DNA of 58,415 nt, the filler included, from Sphacelaria rigidula (Eukaryota): the NCBI GenBank assembly GCA_964200075.2. It is 5 parts of 5 records of this genome, joined end to end, with 100 filler letters (N's around TTAATTAATTAA, not from the genome) between each part and the next. Parts side by side here need not be neighbours in the genome. Positions count along the whole stretch, not along the records: positions 23,409 to 35,011 come from CAXNAA020004722.1; positions 35,112 to 46,713 come from CAXNAA020004723.1; 3 more parts are not named here. One strand, given 5' to 3'. The translations under genes were made by a program, and so were the position numbers. Below, piece after piece: positions 27,071-37,825 of this stretch (within the stretch, counting starts at the first letter, position 1; every line of letters starts with the position of its first letter). Below the pieces are notes generated by a model. It was given only the letters and a program-made list of their open reading frames with translations. It did not search any database and was not told the origin of the DNA.

Positions 27071-27623
27071 GTGAATTAAGCTAGTGGAGCGGGCGGTGAT
27101 AGGGTCCCGAAATGTACCTTGAGCATGAGCCGCTAGAATCAGCAGAGTGATGGGGGGTCATCTCGATGTCTGCAATATAGTCAATACCACCCGTCTGTCG
27201 CATGCAGGTGTTGCAAAATTCCTCGCAGCATACACAACTTGTGGTCAGTGTCACTGGACAGTACTTCACAAAAGAGTCGGAAATGAAGGATGACGCCCAA
27301 CCGGCGTTCTCAATGCTCGAAGGACTGGGGTACAAAACACCTGGGTTCTTTTTCCAGAATCAAGACGCTGACTTTCCGCTCAGGAGATTCCGTTCTCTAT
27401 TCCAAAAGGTGCTCGATTCGGGCAAGCAAAGACCTCGTGTTCCCGACAGATGTTTTGAGCGTGCTCTTTGTGGAGATCCCGTGATGTCATTGCTTGTAGT
27501 GGCGGACATGCAGCACGTTTGTCTGACCTCCTGTCCTGCCTGACTCACCACCCGAGCACCATATTTGTTTCTTCGTCCAACCGCTGTGACCTTTTGTTGT
27601 TCCTTGTTGCTATCGCTGCTCAG

Positions 27624-27797
27624 GGCGGCACCGACGGGATCGACTACACCAAAAGTCTTTCGGTGGTGGACCTTGACGACTCCGTGGTGATAGCAGGATA
27701 CACGAACGACACTTGGAGTGTGACCAACGCCGGCGGTGAGGACCTTGCCGCGATGAAGCTTGACGCAGCAGACGGTAGCCTGCTGTGGCGTTGGCAG
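27624..27797 (+). CDS. Beta-propeller-like repeat exon 3 (58 aa)
   Basis: ctcag|GGTDGIDYTKSLSVVDLDDSVVIAGYTNDTWSVTNAGGEDLAAMKLDAADGSLLWRWQ|gtgagc; phase 0-0. Confidence 0.88.
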
Positions 27798-28426
27798 GTG
27801 AGCAGTTACTCCCGAGGCCCGCGATAGGCCCATTGGCATTACTCTCTATACTCGTTACGATTATTTTCGGCTTTTTTTCGGGCAAGTGGCGGACTAAGTA
27901 AGAGCCAGAACATACGGGAATGCTAGAGTGAGTACCGTTCGCGGTAAAGACCGTTGACATCAGTCTTCTTTACCTGAAGGGAAAATGCCTCCTGGGGAAT
28001 CGCTGCAATGGTGTGTGTGGGGTGGGGGGTAGGTAGGAGATATACTCTGTTCAAACAGATGGATTGCTTGTGACACGTGAAGTGATCCCCGAAGAACCCA
28101 GCTACGGTCCCAAGATGAACTAAATCAGAGTACAAGTATTGATAGGCAAAACGAGGATACTCTCTGAAAGAAACTCGAGAGGAGGAAACATGAGGGACAG
28201 AGGTAGTTGAATGAACAGGGCGCGAGACGAACGAAACTGAAGAAACAAGTGAGGCGCAGGAGAAGGAAATGGGGAAGCAAAATACGAACATGAATAGCGG
28301 GTCTCTATGAAAGAAGGAAATTCTGGCAAAAATGAAACTAAATGAAACAAAAAAGTAGAATCGCCGCCCTCTGCAGCATGGCTTTAGATAGACAGACCGT
28401 GCAAAAAGGCGAAACAGCAATATAAA

Positions 28427-28762
28427 CCGGTCGCCCCGGTGGCTCAGTTGGTAACTTCGAAACCCTCTGACGGTTGGGTCGTGGGTTCGAAATCTCGGAG
28501 CGATCTGGGATTTTTCCTCACACAATGCCCAACAGTGGAGAGCGACTATGTCGTGAGTACGCAAAATTGGACTTAATGGTCGACGAGAGGGAAAAGGACT
28601 GCTGAACCCCTTCGCGATAAAAAAAGAAGGCGAACACCGCAGAAGGAAGGTGGAGAGCTAAAAATAATAAAAAAAGAAAACCTTCTGTGTGACCCCGGCT
28701 GGTGCGCCCACATATACCGAACGCTGGAGACCGGCGTCCAGGAGAGATGAGACGACAACACA
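28427..28762 (+). mobile_element. tRNA-derived SINE, family A, copy 4 (full length)
   Basis: CCGGTCGCCCCGGTGGCTCAGTTGG (A box), GGTTCGAAATC (B box), family body, ends GACGACAACAC. Confidence 0.88.
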
Positions 28763-29594
28763 TGCGAACCACACCATACTATTCAAGCATGGCTCTTACT
28801 CACGAGCTCTATGGGGGCAAGACGCAAACACGACTATTAAAACTTGAATGTGGAGCCGAAGGTGTACAAAAAAACTGTATTTTCCCAACTTATGTATCAA
28901 AGAGTAATCGAAAATTAAAATTGAAACGCACGTTTCTTTCAACCTTTATTTGCCGAAAATTGTAGAGTCACTGGGTTTTTACCCATCTCGACCACCCTAG
29001 GGCATAGGTGTATTTTTCTACTTTTGATGTGTACCCTTGAAGGAGTGAAATGGAAAGGAAGCAAAAGATCACGCAAGACATGGGCGTAAATACAGCTTAG
29101 AACATCGGAAAGGTTGCGAACCATGAAAGAAACCAATAGCCGATGACAGGGAGACCGAGGAATATCGATTCCGTGTTCCCTTTGCCTATCCGACTCATAC
29201 CTAGTCGAGTACAAGGCGAGTCAATCTCTCGACTCCTCCTAACCTGTATTTCTCGTGAGCTGCCGCTGTTGTAGTTGTTACTGCTGTTGTGCCGGCTATG
29301 GCGGCTCTCGTTTAGATACTTCTAAAAGCAATTGAATTGCCGTGGTGGTGTAGGTCCTCCTGGTGTCGTTGAACTCCTCCGCGCCTTTCTCGAACCCTAC
29401 GTGCCGTATGTGCACGCTCTTCTGGACAGTGATTCAGTCTGGCGAGTATTTGACCTCAACATCGTGTACGAATCATTCCCTTTGATTCCCCTTTCGAGGT
29501 TAGAAAATATTCTTCCACTTGGGCCGAATCGTATCAGGGCGAAAACTTCGGTTGGAATGAGTCGTCTCTGCGATAACCCCCCCGTGCCGATATA

Positions 29595-30126
29595 CTTCCT
29601 CTGTCCCATAAGTAAGGGTACCTAACTTTGTACGGACCCTTAACGATGTCCGATCGCTTTTTTTAAAAATGAACTCTACGGTGTTTTTTTAGGTTGAGAA
29701 AGTGTGTTCAAATTTTGCAGCTCGTGCCTGAACCATGCCGCCGAACGGCTGTAAAAATAGTAGTCGGCCCAAAAATGGCCGTTTTTTGCCCCTTTCCGAC
29801 AGGAAAAAAAGTGGCGATTTTTTAAAAATTTGGTTTCTAATTGCCCCCGTCTTCACTGGGGCGTGCTGCCAGGAAGTCCCACACGATTAAAAAGAAAAGG
29901 ATCGTCACTTTTTTTCCTCTCGGGAAGGGGCAAAACACGGCCATTTATTGGCCGACTACTGTTTTTGCAGCCGTTCGGCGACATGGTTCAAGCACGAGCT
30001 GCAAATTTCAAACACATTTTCGTAACCCAAAAAACACCGTACAGTTCATATAAAAAAGAAGAAGCGATCGGGCATCGTCAAGGGCCCGCAAACATTTAGG
30101 TACCTTTACTTATGGGACAGAGGAAG
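29595..30126. mobile_element. Stowaway-like (Tc1/mariner) MITE, almost wholly palindromic
   Basis: TA|CTTCCTCTGTCCCATAAGTAA ... TTACTTATGGGACAGAGGAAG|TA; inverted arms extend more than 200 bp. Confidence 0.88.
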
Positions 30127-30128
30127 TA

Positions 30129-32502
30129 CTGGTGGAGAATGGAAATAGTAAGGAAATGGAAGTACATGCATGCGCGGAGGACGTGGGAACCACAGATCAC
30201 TGCTTAACATGGACAGAAAGCCCACAGACGAAAGCTAAACGAAATAGGCGAGGTAGGAAGTTGTACAACTGGAGAATCGATAAACTAGATATGGAAGGAA
30301 AACGGCAAGAGTTCCAAGAAGAGATGGCCAAAAACGCAGTGAAATGTTTCATGATGTTGAAACGCGTAGAAACAATTGATACCGAAATGGAACGAAATCG
30401 GGTAGGAGCGAAGATCATAGAAGGATGGGAGAGAGGTTCAAGAACACAGCGAGTGAAGTCAAAAGGAAGAAACTGATCGTATGCGACAGAGCAGTAAAAT
30501 GATGGGATGAAGAAGTAAAAGAGGCCATAAGAGTAAGGAGAGCGGCCCACGCAACATGGATATCGAGTAAAACTACGAGAGGATGGGAGGGGTATTCTAA
30601 AGCTCGAAAGGAAGTGAAGAAGACGATACAGCAAAAAAGGAAGGAAATATGGGCACATGTAGTGAATAAAACAAATGAATATTTCGACGGCGGGATGAAA
30701 CAAACGTGGGTAGGAATGAAAGGGATAACGAGAAACCAGGCAGGAAAGATGGACAAGAGGATGGCTACACTCCGGGCACAGAACGGGAAAATGGTCAGTA
30801 GTTCGAAGGGGAAGAGCGAAGTGCTGGTCAAGCATTACCGCAAACTAGGAACACCAGAAAAAACCACGGATTTTGACATAAAATTCGAAAAAAGAAATCA
30901 ACGCGTGGGCAGAGGCGAAGGTAGAGACGTCGAAGCGGGAGGATAGAGGCTCGACAGAATCGCAGAGAGAGCGTTCACCAGAGATGAAGTAAAGGAGTGC
31001 GTAGCTAAACTCAAAAACAGAAAGGCAACAGGGGCAGACGAAATAGTGACTGAATTTCAAAAGTACGGGGGAGAGGGAATGATTACCATGATGGTTATGC
31101 TGTATAACTTGATCTGGGGAAACGAGTACATGCCCAAGAGGTGGAGAGAAGGAGTAGTCAACCTTTTTAAAAAAGGAGACAAGACTGATCCACGAAACTG
31201 TAGAGGGATAACGCTGCTCAGCACGGTAGGGAAAACATTGTGCAAGAGTCTGAACGATATAGTAGGAACGATGCTAGAAAAGGAAAAACAAACCAACGAG
31301 GGACAAGCAGGATTTAGACCAAACCGTGGTTGCGTAGACCATGTGTACACACTAGGGGAGATTATTCAGGGTGGGGAAGACACCGGGCTGATAATGTACT
31401 GTTTATTTCTGAACGTGCAAAAGACTTGTGACACAGTATGGAGAAATGGGCTGTGGAAAACGTTATGGGGAGCTGATATCAGTGGAAAGGTGTGGAGAAT
31501 GGGGAAGATAACGGAATGCGCCAAAAGTGTGATGGTGCTAGCCGGGGAAATATCGAAATATTCCGAAATCTTACAAGAGGTTGCACAAGGATGTACGTTA
31601 TCACCCACTTTGTTCAAGGTATTTATCAATGACCTGATGAAAGATATGGTATCAGGATTGATTTTCGCGGATGATTTTGTGGGGATTTCAGGAACACCAG
31701 AAGGACTACAGNNNNNNNNNNCAAGTCCGGTAGAGTTCAAATGAAAGTGGGGAGACGAGGAATTGCCGATCGTAGACCAGTATACATACCTTGGCGTAGA
31801 GGTGTAGAAAAACTGTTCTTGGAATGCACACATGAACAAAGTAATGAAAAAGGGTAAGGCACAGATGGACAGGTGAGACGTGATCCTTAGAGGTGCGCAC
31901 CTGGACACTAGGATCAAGACATGTATCCAGATGAACGTGATCGTACCAAAGCTGGAATATGCACGAGAAGTATGGGAGGGGAACGTGAAGTTGGTGAAGA
32001 GTTTGGAAACAGTACAGATGGCAGCAGCTAAGGAGATACTTGGATGCTCAAAAACGATGAGTACTACAGCATTGAGAGCAAAGTTGGGGATGTATTCACT
32101 GAAAAGAAACGGAAACATAAGAGAATTGCTATGGCAATATAGCGTGAAGAACATGCAGAGAAAGAGATTGCCAGCTGAAGTTGGTGAGGCTGTATGGAAG
32201 AAAAATACGAGAGGAAAGACTGGAGTAAGGTGGGGTGAAGAACTCGAGAAAGTGTGGAAGGAGATGGGAGGAAATCAAGACGAAATACCGTCCATAGATG
32301 AAGGCCTGGGGTAAAAAACAAAAGTAAGATATGTGATCGAAATAAGGGAAAAGAAGCGCTCAGACGCGAAGTAGACGAGGAAGAACACCTCGAGCTATAC
32401 GGGGGGTTGAGGGAGGGGATAGGGATGGAAGCATATTTGCATGACCCAATGGGCCCTGCGAAAAATATGACATAGATATTTAGGGTGGGGGACCTGGACC
32501 TA
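30129..32502 (+). mobile_element. Decayed, 5'-truncated non-LTR retrotransposon (LINE) ORF2: end of endonuclease plus reverse transcriptase
   Basis: Motifs TTDHCL (APE C-terminus), KATGADEI, FKKGDKTDPRNCRGITLLS, QAGFRPNRGCVDH, QGCTLSPTLF, FADD and YTYLG; in-frame stops, frameshifts and a 9-N gap at 31712-31720. Confidence 0.92.
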
Positions 32503-33609
32503 TCTGTTGCTTGCTTTAGTCGTTTGACTATTGACCAAGTCTCCGCATGTGTAACCCTGTGGTCGCTAGGACGTCCCTCCTCTCACTCATTTTGTTTTCA
32601 AATAGCACACAAACACATGTTTTGAGAACGCCCTCGAACACTTTGAAGAAACCAGGGATACGCGAGAACAATCAGGATCGATCCTGACTGTTCTGTTCCG
32701 ATAGGAGACAGCGAGGGGGTACTCAGCCATCGCACAGCGGTGCATCAATTTCTAAGGCCGCGTAATATCGAGTCCCAAAGCAGAAGCGAGAAACGAAACA
32801 AGCGTCCGAATGCAGCATGTTGACTAGTCATCGCAACCGTAGACCCGCCCGGTGATCAACCAAAACGCTGTTTTTGGATGCTTGCCTCGTTTCTCGCTTC
32901 TTTTGTTTTGCCGCGATGAGAAGGGGCCGTAGGCGTACTGTCCCTGATTCACAGACGATTTCTGTACCCCTTGCTGTTGATTCTCGCTTAGTACGATGTC
33001 CTCGGTGTGCGACGAATCTGTCCTCACTTGAGAGATCAGATGGTTCGCGTCGGACCTTCCAAACAAAACCACCGACAAAGGGTGAAGAACTGCACGTTTT
33101 GGCGATTGTCCTACCATGCACAAGGTAGCCTATCCACCAATACTGAGTGTGAGTTGCCGTGGAACGAAGACTGCGGGTGTAGATGAACAAGAGCCAGCAC
33201 CAAATGAGATGCGCCTACTTGGCCGGTGTCTGTGCGTCGTTGTTCAGCCTCCTCGTGCCGATGTGATGTGTTTCGTTTACTGTCTGCTGACGCGAGGTTC
33301 AGGCGTTCAGAGTTGAGAGCACCCTATTCCGGTGTTTTAAGGCTATCAGAACCTAACTTCAGTGCAAGAAGAAACGATGTGGGAAGGGACGTGTTCCCGA
33401 TTAGACTAAACATCGGTCCTTACGGAGAACATATCACGTGCTAAAATGATCAATGATGATTTTTTCGTCGACGTAAGATTTGCATCGCACTTATAGTATC
33501 ATGCTGATGCTTGACGACTTGAACTTTTTATCCCTGATACCTGGTAGTCTTGTGGTGTTCATTACTCCGATTTTCGCTCTCGATTGCAACCGATCCGACC
33601 GGTCCCCAG

Positions 33610-33780
33610 TCTGGCACCGAAGAGGATGACTTTGCGAGAATTTCGGTGGCTACCCCAGACGGTGGCATCGTACTAGCAGGGCACTCGCTCGGCGATTGGG
33701 ATGGGGACAACGCGGGGGGTGACGGGGATTTCATCGCGGTCAAGATTAATACGGACGGGAAAGAGTTATGGAGATGGCAG
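33610..33780 (+). CDS. Beta-propeller-like repeat exon 4 (57 aa)
   Basis: cccag|SGTEEDDFARISVATPDGGIVLAGHSLGDWDGDNAGGDGDFIAVKINTDGKELWRWQ|gtgtgt; phase 0-0. Confidence 0.88.
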
Positions 33781-35011
33781 GTGTGTGCGAGAGCTGAGGA
33801 AATGATGAAGTCTGTTTTGGTGTGTGTGCTCACTTCGCCACAACGTTGAGAGGCGAGTGTTTCTCAACAACGCAGATAGAGAGACCGATAGGGCAAATAT
33901 GATGACTCTGTTACTCTAGAAATGATATATTCATGACTCCCGAACAGGTCCACATGTTCGTATTTTTTGTCAAAACAAAATGGAAGGTGATTATCGATGG
34001 TCGTAGCTGTACCTACACCATCGAAAGTGCGACGAAACAAAGGTGCGGAGATGTCAGGTAAGTCAAGAAACTAGCTGCACTCGGGGAAAGCTTCCAGGTC
34101 GCCCATCTCCAGACCGTCGATCCTTGTATGGCCACGTGAATCGCGGGGCAGTAGGTCTCGAGCACGTGAGCTGCGTGTTCACCCGCCACAGCCCCCTCCC
34201 CCCCCGACTTGCAGGGGTTAATGTTGTGAAGATTTAAGGGAGGCATCGCGAGACATCTGCGCATTGATACTTTAGAGAGATCGATGGGTGAGAAATACCG
34301 GGACATACAATATGAGCTTCATCGATGTTGACCCCGCGTATTCATTACAAATGTTATTGAAAGGGAGAAGACACATGGAGATGAGAACGACGTGAACCAA
34401 GTGACCAGTATTTGTTTGCCTCCTCGATTTCCCCCGAAATCCATAGGAATTGGGCCGTGCTACTGGGCTCGTCGGGTCGGCTCGTAGGCGTTGTTATGAT
34501 CCAACTACAGACGAAATATCTTGTCCAATGTCCTCGAGGAGATATGTGTCGGGGTTCTTGTCACCACCACTTGGGGACTGTTGTAGCGAGGTTTCGTCTC
34601 ACGGCGCAAATGCACATCCTGAAAGTCGCAATGGGTACCGCGTTGGAAATATGAAGGCGGCAGGCGCGCCAGCGGACTGCGCTGTATCTAATCTACTGAG
34701 GAGGACACAACAGATGCCGAAATATCGACACATGGCCGAATTAATCGAGGTGCATGTCGAGGGCTATCAGTTTTACATGTCGAGATACAGTGCTGAGAAT
34801 ATCAAGGACAGCACTCTAGTTCCAATTTTCGTTTCCCGCAGAACCGCTCGCGATCATCAGGAGTTCATGTATTGGTACGAACGCCAGTCTCGGGGGTTTG
34901 TGAGAAAACGACCACCGCATCCCGTATGGCGGTGGTTGGGGTGAACTGGTGAGCAATACTAAGGTAGGGGTGCACTTTTTTCGCGAAATTTTGTCTGGTT
35001 CAGGGGCTCCT

Positions 35012-35111
35012 NNNNNNNNNNNNNNNNNNNNNNNNNNNNNNNNNNNNNNNNNNNNTTAATTAATTAANNNNNNNNNNNNNNNNNNNNNNNNNNNNNNNNN
35101 NNNNNNNNNNN
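35012..35111. other. Artificial contig linker
   Basis: N44-TTAATTAATTAA-N44. Confidence 0.98.
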
Positions 35112-36682
35112 GGGTCTGTCTGTTCAGTACTGCCTGAGCGTCGTACTAGCTCCACACCTCCATCTGGTATCAAACGTCATGGCGCAACACGCGAGCGGCG
35201 GCCACGAGTACCCGACGCACGTAAATGTAGACAAGTGCTGTACTTCGACGGTGAGGCGACCGCCATCGCCGAGCACTTTGAGCTCTCAAAGCAATTTAAG
35301 ATGGCGTCTATACTAAAATCTCGATGAAACCCCCGATCGATGCATTCAGTGGATGACGACGAATTTTGGTGTGGACATTCTCTGGAGCAAGGGGGAGACG
35401 ATAGATACCCTCACCTTCACTTCATTCGTTTTCTATCCCGAGATATGGCGCACATACGTTTCCATACTAGAACCGATATATTACGAGCAGAGGCACTAGA
35501 TGCTCTAAATCTGGATATTGCGTCTCAGTTTTTGAGAGTTGTTGCATCAAATTTCGTGTGGTGGACCGCTAGTGCATTATAATGGAAAAAAACTGCTTGC
35601 TACCTTTCTTCATTTTTTTCGGGTTTTTTGTGGAGTTTTTTGAGGAGAAATGAACGTTGCTCTTAGGCCTTATCTCAATGTTTTAGCTCAATTTTTATAA
35701 TTGTAATATGAAAGTTAGTATGGAGAACCACAAAAGTGTGCCGAAGAAAAAGAAGAAACGGGTCTGCATTTTTTTTTTTTTTCATAGAGGTCAGGGCGTT
35801 CTCATGAAGAAATGGTCTTTACCATACTAAAACGCCCTAACCAGTGAAAAAGTGAATTGAAAAAACTGACCCACTGAGTTTTGTTAATTATGCGCTGGCA
35901 AGGGCCCATACAAAATTTCAATACCCAAAAACCAAACGTGGGCCGGTGAGTGGCCTGCAAAATATTGTTCCGAATTTCTACCGATCCGATTCTTGAAAGG
36001 CGAATGCGCCGGCCAATATTCAGAGTTGGACCCTGAAATTTGGTATGGACAATGCGTAGAGCACAATAAAAAATCCGGGAGAAGCACCAGAAGCTTTTTT
36101 TTTTCGTGAGTTAGGGGCAATGATCAGTTTTCAGGTTTCAGCAAAACGCCCGGCTGTGCTGTCGATGACTTGCCCTTCGCTTACTTCAGATCAGACCCGT
36201 AGGTTGTGTTGCATTCGCCGTCGTGTCACTCAAGACCTAGATATTTGCTTTGTGCAATACACTTGGACAACCACGCTGATGAACGATCATTTGCCTGACT
36301 AGCCCGAGCAGTATGTTGTACTGGAGTAGGGAGAGATGCATAAAAATTGAGGGCTAATTATGTAGTGGGGTGTGTTGGGTGTGCCCGTTGCAAAAGGGGA
36401 TGCGTTGAGGACACAACCGAGACGGTACATGTTACACGGTAGAACGGGTATATGCGTGGTTTTTTGTGGTTTTCACACTGAATGATGGACTCAACCATTG
36501 TCCATTCCTTCACTAAAAGACGTGAAGGGAGACCTGTCGATATATACTGCCGAGCACAGTAAATGGGGAAACGCGTCTTTTGATATGTATTGCAAGCGAC
36601 AGTAAATGCTGGAGCAATGATCAATAAATAATCTCTTGATAACAATAGATGAAGGTCATTGGCCATCGATTGATATTGTACG

Positions 36683-36983
36683 TGTGTGTTGTCGTCCCAT
36701 CTATTCTGGACGCCGGTTTACACCTTTTGGTATATGTGGGCGCACCAGCCGGGGTCACACAGGAGGGAGGTGCAACACAAGAGCTTTATATTTTATTTTA
36801 TTTTTTAACACCACCCCACCTTCTGCGGTGCTTGCCTTTATTTTAATCGCGAGAGAGGTTCAGCACTCCCTTTCCCTCGTCGACCGTCAAGTCGAATTTT
36901 GTGTACCCACGACATGGTTGCTCTCCACTTTTAGGCATGGTGTGAGAAAAAATCCCAGATCGCTCCGAGATCTGAACCCACGA
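36683..36983 (-). mobile_element. tRNA-derived SINE, family A, copy 5 (A box lost)
   Basis: Body and 3' end match the other copies; the head is truncated just upstream of the B box. Confidence 0.82.
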
Positions 36984-37009
36984 TCCCGTCCGTCATCCCT
37001 ATACCGTAA

Positions 37010-37096
37010 TAGACTCGATAGTCATCGGAAGACGTCCGCATCAGATGCTCAGTACAAATGTACCGCGCATATATCGGAACGGTTTTTAATGTGAAG

Positions 37097-37128
<32 letters not shown>
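37010..37128 (+). mobile_element. Retroposon 3' end with (CAA)n tail, copy 2
   Basis: Matches 20322-20423; tail of about 10 CAA units. Confidence 0.75.
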
Positions 37129-37129
<1 letters not shown>

Positions 37130-37517
37130 TAGTCATTGCCGATGTCGATGAGTTGGTAATTCATCGTACCATAGCCATCGCTGTCATCCATGGATTGATT
37201 AAATATCCAGTCTTCTACTTACTGTGCTAGCACGTTATTTTTTTTAATCGTTTATTTTGAAAATAATCGTGCACAAAACCCGTTCTAGCATAATAAGTAA
37301 AAGTCTAGAAATGCTCATGTATAATCTAAAGTCGTTGCTCTCGACAATTGACTCATGTAGGCAGCATCTATCGATAGCCACTGTCGTTAACAACGGATTT
37401 GTGGGGAGCACATACCGAAAGCCACTGCCAACAATGGGTTTTGAGATTATGTATTTATATGAACGTTGCTCACTGCAGTGGTCTTACGGTATCAAGAGCA
37501 ATACTGTAATCCCAACA

Positions 37518-37825
37518 CCCTTCGACCGCGAGAGGAGGCGATCTGTTGAAACGGCATCATTCGCCTTATGTTTCAGTTGCAAAAAATGATGCCGATTTGA
37601 CAGATCTTCTACCCTCTCGGTGAAAAGGTGAACCCTTTGACGAAGATTTTGCTGAATCGACATCAATTTCGCTTGAAGGAAGTGTGCATGGACCAGATGG
37701 ACTACCCCCGCGGTCTAGGGGTTAACCTTTGGGCCGCGATGCTGGTTGTCTATCTGGATCACAATACTTGTTTCAAGTGAAACTGATGCCGATTCAGCTG
37801 GTGACCTACGGTCGCGGTCAAAGGG
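37518..37825. mobile_element. Tandem trimer of about 100-bp piggyBac-type MITEs
   Basis: Units 37518-37628, 37633-37721 and 37726-37825 have CC(C/T)...(A/G)GG ends, joined by TGAA and TTAA and followed by TCAA. The internal motif TGAATCG(G/A)CATCAATTTCG..GTGCATGG.CCAGA is shared with 20183-20279. Confidence 0.7.

Noticed and set aside
28427-28505. tRNA gene (and similar heads at about 10210-10283, 12682-12755 and 19455-19529)
   Set aside because: Each continues into a shared body of up to ~270 bp and the copies are mutually diverged, so these are SINE heads rather than tRNA genes.
30197-32321. Hydrophobic minus-strand ORFs of up to 262 aa
   Set aside because: Antisense to the purine-rich LINE ORF2.
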